NCBI RefSeq assembly: GCF_000737315.1
Contig: NZ_JMCB01000003.1
Coordinates: forward strand, 992,001-1,056,000
DNA: 64,000 bases
Reading direction: 5' to 3'
Origin: Hyalangium minutum
GTDB taxonomy: Bacteria > Myxococcota > Myxococcia > Myxococcales > Myxococcaceae
Within the stretch, counting starts at the first letter, position 1. Every line of letters starts with the position of its first letter. A model generated the notes under the pieces. The model ran no database searches. It was not told the origin of the DNA and was given only the letters and a program-made list of their open reading frames with translations. Of this stretch, positions 57,892 through 64,000 are shown piece by piece. A program made the translations under genes and the position numbers.

Positions 57892-58208
57892 CAGCGTGGC
57901 TCATCGCCTTCGCGTTCACCCAAGCCGTGGAGGTGCCGATCTACCTCCGCGCCAAGGCGGGCTGGCGCGCGGCCGTGCTCGCCAGCACTCTCACCCATCC
58001 GGTGGTGTGGTTTGGGTTCGCCACGGTGCGTGGCTGGGTTCACAGCTACTCCGCCACCGTGGTCGTCATGGAGGCCTTCGCGATCATTCTCGAAGCGATC
58101 TGGCTCTCCTCGCACAATGTGAAGCGCCCGTTCCTCTGGAGCCTGGGAGCCAACCTCACCAGCGTCACGTTGGGCTTCGCGTCCCGCGCCCTGTTCGGCT
58201 GGCCGTGA
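57888..58208 (+). CDS. Small membrane protein
   Basis: GTGA-coupled; TQAVEVPIY, STLTHP, ANLTS in hydrophobic helices. Confidence 0.6.
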   Translation: MTAWLIAFAFTQAVEVPIYLRAKAGWRAAVLASTLTHPVVWFGFATVRGWVHSYSATVVVMEAFAIILEAIWLSSHNVKRPFLWSLGANLTSVTLGFASRALFGWP

Positions 58209-58216
58209 CCCGAAAC

Positions 58217-58243
58217 GACGGGTTCGATTCCCGCCGCTTCCAC
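58217..58243 (+). repeat. tmRNA/tRNA 3'-end-like fragment (att-like), copy 1
   Basis: GACGGGTTCGATTCCCGCCGCTTCCAC: T-loop TTCGATT plus acceptor-stem-like tail; no 5' half nearby. Confidence 0.6.
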
Positions 58244-58303
58244 ACAGAGCAACCCGCCGCTCCCAAGCCCTCTCCCTCTGAGAAAGGGGGCAGGTCGTAC
58301 ATC

Positions 58304-58511
58304 TCGGTACACGCTGGAGTTGTGGAACGGGCTGACGGTCTTCCTGTACGGCAGCAAATCCCAGCGGGGCACCGAGGTGGCCGCTCTCTTCTACTCGCTC
58401 ATCGAGACGGCCAAGCTGCGCGGGGAGGAGCCGGGCGACTACTTGCTGCGCGCGGCCCTCGCCGCCATCGAGCACCCTGGCACCGTCACTCTTCCTCAAG
58501 GCTGCGACTGA
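58304..58511 (+). mobile_element. IS66 transposase (TnpC) C-terminal remnant
   Basis: LWNGLTVFL joined directly to AALFYSLIETAKLRG.EP..YL; the intervening catalytic region is deleted. Confidence 0.7.
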
Positions 58512-58605
58512 CGCCCGCTCGCCCCTGGCCAGCAGCCCTGCTCGACCGCTTGCCCACGACGGGGATCGGCGAACTGATACGTCGACGTGGTCCGCGTCCG
58601 GCTTG

Positions 58606-58642
58606 CCTGGACACTCACCACGAGCCCCAGCGCTCACCACGA
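58606..58642 (+). repeat. 37-bp imperfect direct repeat, copy 1 (copy 2 at 60441-60477)
   Basis: CCTGGACACTCACCACGAGCCCCAGCGCTCACCACGA versus CCTGGACGCTCACCGCGAGCCCCAGCGCTCGCCACGA: 3 mismatches. Confidence 0.8.
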
Positions 58643-58660
58643 GCGCCCCAGGAGCCGCAC

Positions 58661-59419
58661 TCAGCGCGAAGTCACGCGCCCGCCAATCTCCGGGAAGCGC
58701 TCATACGCGCGCATCAGCGCCGCAAGGTGCGAGGGGTTGTCGAGATCGAGCGGCGTATCTGTGAGCCGAACGACCCACCCGCCCGCCCCAGTGCGCCGCG
58801 CCCGAGAGAGTAGGTCCGCATCACGCGAGGGATCCGGGAACCCGATGGCCTGTGCGGCAGCGGCAGACCAGTAGTTCAGCCACCCGAGGCGATGCGGAAT
58901 CTCAGGCGAGCGGATCTTCTCTGGCAGTTTGAGCGCTGGCAGCCCCCGGGGCGGAACCCCTGGCTTATGGACCGGATCGCGCGTTTGCCGTGCGATCTCC
59001 ACCCCCGCGCTAGATGGCGTCGCATGCCCCCAGTACGCGCGCGCGCCCTCTGCTACGCATTCCAGCACTTGCGCCGCTGCCGCGATCACGGCGGCGTCCA
59101 GCGGCAGCTTTGCATGCACTTCAAACTGAGACTGGCCGCCGGGGCTAAGGCGTGCCGGGCATCCCCACCCCGTGACCGTCACAGGGTAACTCTCGTCACC
59201 GTTGCACACGAGAGGGAAGCCCCCGTCCTTGGTCCCTTCTGCGAGCCACGCGTCGCGCTGCGGCAACGCGATGGGGCGCCCGTCTTCGGAAACCTTCCAC
59301 TCTAGGCGCAAGCCGGAGAGAGTCCGCTCCATCCCGTGGATGACAGCGAGCGTGCGACCGTCGTTGCCCACGAGCGCAGGCGCGTAAACGATGATGACGA
59401 GGGTGCTTTTCGTCGTCAT
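58661..59419 (-). CDS. Putative immunity protein (DUF5953-like)
   Basis: IVYAPALVGNDGR, PHRLGWLNYWS, GGWVVRLTDTPLD; ATG overlaps the restored toxin stop (ATGA). Confidence 0.72.
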   Translation of the reverse strand: MTTKSTLVIIVYAPALVGNDGRTLAVIHGMERTLSGLRLEWKVSEDGRPIALPQRDAWLAEGTKDGGFPLVCNGDESYPVTVTGWGCPARLSPGGQSQFEVHAKLPLDAAVIAAAAQVLECVAEGARAYWGHATPSSAGVEIARQTRDPVHKPGVPPRGLPALKLPEKIRSPEIPHRLGWLNYWSAAAAQAIGFPDPSRDADLLSRARRTGAGGWVVRLTDTPLDLDNPSHLAALMRAYERFPEIGGRVTSR

Positions 59420-60329
59420 CGCTTGCACCCCGTGACGACGATCTCAAGTAGGGGCGCCTCCAACTCCAGCGCGGTTTTGTGCTCTTCGGTGCTCACCCCG
59501 ACGACGAAGCCATATCCGCATGCTGCCGCGATAGCGCGCTCTTCAAGCAATTTAGCCACCTGATCTCTGACCACCTGCCCTGGAGAAAGGCGCTGTAGGT
59601 GTCAAACTGGTCGGTCTTGATCTCCCACAGCACACGCACGCCGACTTGCAGCGCATCAAAGCGGATGCCGCCAATGAGCACGTCCTTGCCAGGGTAGCGG
59701 TTCGGCGGAAACTTGTCGGCGCACGCGTTATGCGGGTCATCTCCGCCCGCGTGCGGCACTAGGACGGGCCTGCACTCAGGGCGGCGCTCCGTCGGATCGG
59801 ATGATACGGGTGGGAGCCAGTCCCGACCCAAGCCCCTCGGCGTGTGCTCACTGTCGGCCACGGGTTCCTGCTCACTGGATGGCCTTTTCTGAGTCTTCGG
59901 CCTCCCACGCTCACGGGATGCACTCCGCTCGTATGCGTCCAACTCCTCTTGGATGACGACTGCCACCACGACAACACCAGCGATGATCACTGCTCCAACA
60001 ATGATCTCCGGTGCTACAAAGACGCAGAGTCCCGCGACGCCCACGGCAGCCGCACTCGCAGAGGCGACAGCGCATCTTCCTGTGACATCGCGAAACTTGA
60101 TCCTGTCGCGATCGAGAGCGTGAAAGCACCTCTCCGCCAGGACAGGCCATTCGTTGGAGGCTTCGCGCACCACGCAATGCCCGTCATCCGTCCAGGGGTA
60201 CTGCGCCGCCCGCTGAAGGTTGGCGAATCTTGGATTCGGGGCCTCCGGTTCTCCGAGGCTCGGCTCCGTCGTTGCGCAGGCCGAGAGCAGAAGTAGCAGC
60301 AGGAGTGCGCTGCAAGTTCGGGAACGCAT
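59416..60329 (-). pseudogene. Frameshifted lipoprotein toxin (DUF6310-like, PD-(D/E)xK-type tip)
   Basis: Lipobox LSAC; RFDAL...WEIKT; one base missing at the CCC run 59578-59580; the other frame continues QVVRDQV...ACGYGFVVGV...IVVTGCKR and stops at 59416. Confidence 0.78.
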
Positions 60330-60440
60330 GGCCACGTCCTTTCAAGCAAGCGAGGTGCTGCGGGTCAAGTCTGCGGGGGTTCTCCGCTAGAGTGTATCAG
60401 CCCGCCTCGACACCGCGAGGCCCGCGTCCGACGTGGCAGG

Positions 60441-60477
60441 CCTGGACGCTCACCGCGAGCCCCAGCGCTCGCCACGA
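60441..60477 (+). repeat. 37-bp imperfect direct repeat, copy 2
   Basis: Matches 58606-58642 with 3 mismatches. Confidence 0.8.
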
Positions 60478-60590
60478 TTGTCTGCTCTGCGTAGCGCACC
60501 GCGAACGCCCGCAGCGCCTCGGGGAACGGCAATGCTCCTCCTTTGCCCCTCCTTCAGCCGCTGCGCCTCCTGCTGGAACTGCTCCAACTC
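60478..60590 (-). mobile_element. Probable IS66-family accessory ORF (TnpA-like) remnant
   Basis: ELEQFQQEAQRLKEG / LPFPEALRAFAVRYAEQT split across two frames; family recognised from memory only. Confidence 0.45.
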
Positions 60591-60862
60591 CTACGCGGTC
60601 GGTGCAGGCCGACGAGGGATAACCCCAACAGTGGTCGTCCGGCCGCGCCGAGGCGGAATCTCAGGCTCGGCCCGGACGCAGCGGGCGGCTCCGCGCTGCC
60701 GACCAGCGCCGACTGCGACGCTGTGTCCGTGCTGGCATCGGTGGGCGCTGCGGTGCGGGTCGGCTCCGCACCGCTCGGTGCGCCGTCCTCCGCGTGCGCG
60801 AGCCCCGAGGCCGACGCCTGCAGGAGCGCGGACGCAGTGAGGAGCGTCGTAGGAATCTTCAT
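60591..60862 (-). pseudogene. Truncated secreted-protein gene fragment
   Basis: Signal peptide MKIPTTLL...AHA-E, Ala/Thr linker and one beta strand, then runs into the IS remnant. Confidence 0.4.
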
Positions 60863-60995
60863 GAATCTTTCGTAGACGGTCATCGGCTGGACCGGGGCAG
60901 GACAGGAAGGGACGCAGCGGGATATCGATTCCGAATCATTCAGGGCGGTTGCGAGGTAAGGGCGAGATTCCGCTGGGAGTTTCGCACCGCCCGGA

Positions 60996-61015
60996 GCGGG
61001 TTCGATTCCCGCCGC
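60996..61015 (+). repeat. tmRNA/tRNA 3'-end-like fragment (att-like), copy 2
   Basis: GCGGG-TTCGATT-CCCGC perfect T-arm; 19 bp identical to 58219-58237. Confidence 0.6.
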
Positions 61016-61148
61016 GCTCTCTTTTTCCCAGATATTGGGCAACCCCCCATAAAACAGGAATGTCAGATCTCTCATTAGGATGGCGCTCTCGCTCGAACTG
61101 ATGATCAGTTCTGCGCATCCCAAGGGTCTGTCTTTGAATTCCATTTCA

Positions 61149-62267
61149 ATGAGAACGATGTACGCCGCATGTTTCGCGTTCGTGGTGGCCTGTGGGCCGA
61201 GTGAGTTCCCAGGAGAGGAAGTCCCGGAGCCTGCGCCGAAGTTCGACCTCGCGGCGATCCAGCAGCCGCTCGCGGCAGACTGCACCTCCACGTATACGCT
61301 CACCAAGGACGTGGCCCAGAGCAACCTCTCGGGGGCCCAGGGAAGCTGGTCCTGCATCTACAAGTTGACCGTCCCGAGCGGTGTGGCGGGGCTGACGTTC
61401 AAGACAACAGGAGGAACGGGCGACGTGGATCTGTACGTCCGTTATGGCCTGACGCCGGACGCGACCGCGTACGACCATCGCTCGATGGGGACTACCAACG
61501 AGGATCAAATCACCATCGAGCCGTCCCAATCCGGCACGTATTACGTTCGGCTCTACGGATACGGCGCCTACAGCGGCGCAAGCTTGACCGCCACCTATGC
61601 CACTCCCTGCACCAGCAGCACCATCATCGACATGGGTCGCACGTACTCGAACATCAACACCCCGCAGGGGCTGTTCTCGTGCGGTTACATGATCACGATT
61701 CCCTCAGGCGCGAACAGCGTGACGTTCACGACCGCGGGAGGCACCGGGAACGCTGACCTCTACGTCCGGAGAAGCGATTGGCCCAGGGCGGACGCGTACG
61801 ATTGCAGGTCGACGGGCTACAGCAACAGCGAGTCGTGCACGTTGTACTACCCGACTGCGGGCACGTATTACATCAAGCTCTACGGCACCTCCGCGAGCAG
61901 CGGGGCTCAGCTCCTGGTGAACATGGATCGCCCCTACACCGCGCCCGTCCTCGTTCGCGGACAGCCCTACGTCGACGTCTCCATGGCTGTGGGTGAGCAG
62001 CGCCGGTTCGAGATCGACATGCCGTGGGGAAAGAACAACGTCCAGTTCTTCACCTCCGGCGGCACCGGGTACGCGAACCTGTACGTGAAGTTCGAGCAGG
62101 CGCCCACGCTCTACAACTACGACTGCAAGGTCGACGGAATCTCAACCAGTACCAACTGCTCGATGGGCTGGGGCAAGACGGGCCGCTACTACGTCCTCGT
62201 CGAAGCGAAGCACACGCCCATCACCGGCATGCGCATCGGCGTGAACTACACGGATTATTACAACTAG
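61149..62267 (+). CDS. Lipoprotein made of three PPC (pre-peptidase C-terminal) domains
   Basis: Lipobox (VVAC); three GGTG(D/N/Y)(V/A)(D/N)LYV repeats; no peptidase domain. Confidence 0.82.
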   Translation: MRTMYAACFAFVVACGPSEFPGEEVPEPAPKFDLAAIQQPLAADCTSTYTLTKDVAQSNLSGAQGSWSCIYKLTVPSGVAGLTFKTTGGTGDVDLYVRYGLTPDATAYDHRSMGTTNEDQITIEPSQSGTYYVRLYGYGAYSGASLTATYATPCTSSTIIDMGRTYSNINTPQGLFSCGYMITIPSGANSVTFTTAGGTGNADLYVRRSDWPRADAYDCRSTGYSNSESCTLYYPTAGTYYIKLYGTSASSGAQLLVNMDRPYTAPVLVRGQPYVDVSMAVGEQRRFEIDMPWGKNNVQFFTSGGTGYANLYVKFEQAPTLYNYDCKVDGISTSTNCSMGWGKTGRYYVLVEAKHTPITGMRIGVNYTDYYN

Positions 62268-62288
62268 CCTCCAGAGGGCCCTGCGGGA

Positions 62289-62313
62289 GAGCTCCCCTTC
62301 CACAGGGGAGCTC
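62289..62313. terminator. Hairpin between convergent genes
   Basis: GAGCTCCCCT-TCCAC-AGGGGAGCTC 10-bp stem. Confidence 0.6.
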
Positions 62314-62329
62314 CAACCGCACCCGCCGC

Positions 62330-62659
62330 TCACGGTGCGGGGGGAGCGGCATCGCAGATCTTGTACTTCACCGGAAAGAAGCAGCCCTGCCACGGACAGT
62401 TCGGAGATGCTGCCTGCTCCTTGTCCCTGGCGATGTGGGTCTGAAGCGTCTCTCCCTGAGAGAGGCAACGGACCTCCGGTTCGACTCCGCCGCAGCAGCC
62501 ACAGCCGCAGGCCAGATAGGAATCCCCAGGCACCGGAACGGCCTCTTCCTCTGACAGCTGTTCTTCCTCTGGGAGTTGCTCGGTGTCCTGTCCATCGAGG
62601 GGTGTCTCCGAAGCACATCCCACCATCAGGGCCCACAGCATCATGACTCGGATTCGCAT
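62330..62659 (-). CDS. Small Cys-rich lipoprotein
   Basis: Lipobox (MVGC), acidic linker, ACGCGCCGG...C...CPWQGC...C. Confidence 0.65.
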   Translation of the reverse strand: MRIRVMMLWALMVGCASETPLDGQDTEQLPEEEQLSEEEAVPVPGDSYLACGCGCCGGVEPEVRCLSQGETLQTHIARDKEQAASPNCPWQGCFFPVKYKICDAAPPAP

Positions 62660-62704
62660 CCCCAGAAGATACGCTCCGGGATCACCACCGCATAGTCCCT
62701 TCAA

Positions 62705-63241
62705 TCAAGCCTTGGCGCCGAGTCCAGTCCCCCCTGGATGGTCTCCGTGGGTGTTCCCGCGTCGCGTGCTCAGAAGCAGCAACCCGAAGCCGAGCACGAT
62801 GGCGATGTCCGCCACGTTGAAGACGCCCGTGCGCACGGGGCCGATCCCGAGGACCATGAAGTCCACGACGCGCCCATCGTTCACCAGGCGGTCGAACCAG
62901 TTGCTCGCACCACCCCCCACGCCCAGGGCGAGTGCCACGACTTGGAGCCGCCCGAGCTGCTGGCTCTTCACGAGGTAGAGCAGCCCGAGGAGGAGGATCA
63001 AGCCCACTCCGATCGTCAGCAGCCCGAACCGAAGGGCGGGGGGCAAGCGGCCGCCAAGGCTCAGGAACGCGCCGGGGTTCTCGGCGAAGACCAGCCGCAG
63101 GATCCCCCCCAGGAAGCTCTGGGCCGGCTCGTCGCGAAGGTGCGAGAGGGCCATCTGCTTCGAGGCCTGATCGCAGCCCACAGTCCCTGCCAGCACCAGC
63201 GAGATGAGGGTGAGCCGATACCCACGAGAGATCGATTCCAT
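62705..63241 (-). CDS. lspA: Lipoprotein signal peptidase II
   Basis: CDQASK, ENPGAFLS, GGASNWFDR, VVDF, FNVAD (both catalytic Asp). Confidence 0.9.
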   Translation of the reverse strand: MESISRGYRLTLISLVLAGTVGCDQASKQMALSHLRDEPAQSFLGGILRLVFAENPGAFLSLGGRLPPALRFGLLTIGVGLILLLGLLYLVKSQQLGRLQVVALALGVGGGASNWFDRLVNDGRVVDFMVLGIGPVRTGVFNVADIAIVLGFGLLLLSTRRGNTHGDHPGGTGLGAKA

Positions 63242-63286
63242 CCTCTCAGAGTGCCAGACTTCCGCTGCTCCTTCCAGCAACAGTGC

Positions 63287-64000
63287 TCACACGAGCGTCT
63301 TGGGCGGAGTGCTTCCCGCATTGGCGGCTGCTGCCAGGAACTCTGCCTTTTTGGCGCCGTTCGCTGCAAACAAAGCTCGCAGCGAGTCACGAGCCCGATG
63401 TGGATAGTACAAGCCCTCAAAGGTGGAACACAGTCTCTGAGCTATCTCGTCCGTCATGGGATACTGTTGGATGAGCCAGGCGATCAGGCCCGGGTTGCTG
63501 TTGGCCCACTCGAAATTACCCACATACCCATCATTGAAGGCGTGATCTTGCAGTGCCTGGATGAGTCCGTGCTTCTCCAGGTCCGGCAGGTCCAAGGCCG
63601 CCGGGATGCTGTTGTTGATCCGGGTGACAACCCATTGATTTGCCTCGGGAAGCTCCGCTGCCGGAATCAGCCCGTTTCTTAGCAATGCAGCGTAGATGGG
63701 AAGATCTTGGGTGCGGCCTTCAAACAAGTGGCTTCGCCAGAGTTGCCTGATCAGAGAGGCATGCTCTGCCCAGAGCAACACGCGGCTTGGGTATTGTCTC
63801 AACAGCGCCACCAGGAGATTGGCATCCGCAGCCAAAAAGGTGCTCAAGCTGGTGGTCGCGCGACCGTCGTGGAGTTCGAAGACTGCTTCGAAAACAGAGG
63901 CGGCCGCATTGAGGTGCTGCCAGACGGTCGGGCCCTGCCCGATGTGAGACACAACCTCGGACCAAAAATGTGGCAACTCTGCCTGCGGCACGCCCGTGGG
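63287..64000 (-). CDS. Hypothetical helical protein, lower GC, 5' end beyond the window
   Basis: ORF open to the window edge; AT-richer codon usage. Confidence 0.55.
   Translation of the reverse strand, partial: PTGVPQAELPHFWSEVVSHIGQGPTVWQHLNAAASVFEAVFELHDGRATTSLSTFLAADANLLVALLRQYPSRVLLWAEHASLIRQLWRSHLFEGRTQDLPIYAALLRNGLIPAAELPEANQWVVTRINNSIPAALDLPDLEKHGLIQALQDHAFNDGYVGNFEWANSNPGLIAWLIQQYPMTDEIAQRLCSTFEGLYYPHRARDSLRALFAANGAKKAEFLAAAANAGSTPPKTLV

Noticed and set aside
58217-58243. Complete tRNA or tmRNA gene
   Set aside because: Only a T-arm and 3' tail are present; no D-arm, anticodon arm or matching 5' acceptor strand. The same holds at 60996-61015.

Overview
High-GC DNA whose gene content points to a myxobacterium (Cystobacterineae-like; inference). 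The main element is a divergently transcribed lipid/polyketide biosynthetic locus at about 3.3-21.8 kb. Its left arm carries FabZ, two pairs of an active ketosynthase plus a catalytically dead ketosynthase, FabG, a nitroreductase-fold protein and an unusually long AcpXL-like ACP. Its right arm carries two tandem modules of a Tes/MJ0619-like radical SAM enzyme plus an SDR, then a class-III aminotransferase and a degenerate SDR. A third Tes-like radical SAM gene, co-transcribed with an alkylglycerol-monooxygenase-like desaturase, lies beyond a low-GC VWA-lipoprotein insertion. The middle of the window holds housekeeping and signalling genes: clpX, truA, larE-like, cysC, a JAB/ThiF/TusA/MoeB sulfur-relay set, a NarL two-component system and a giant Ser/Thr-His hybrid kinase. 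Next comes a diheme peroxidase, metallophosphoesterase, cytochrome c, ECF sigma and CxxCH anti-sigma module. The right end (58-64 kb) is a recombination scar zone with IS66 remnants, two tmRNA-3'-like 19-bp direct repeats, a frameshifted lipoprotein toxin with an intact immunity gene, a PPC-only lipoprotein and an lspA paralog. All family calls come from motif recognition; no database searches were run.
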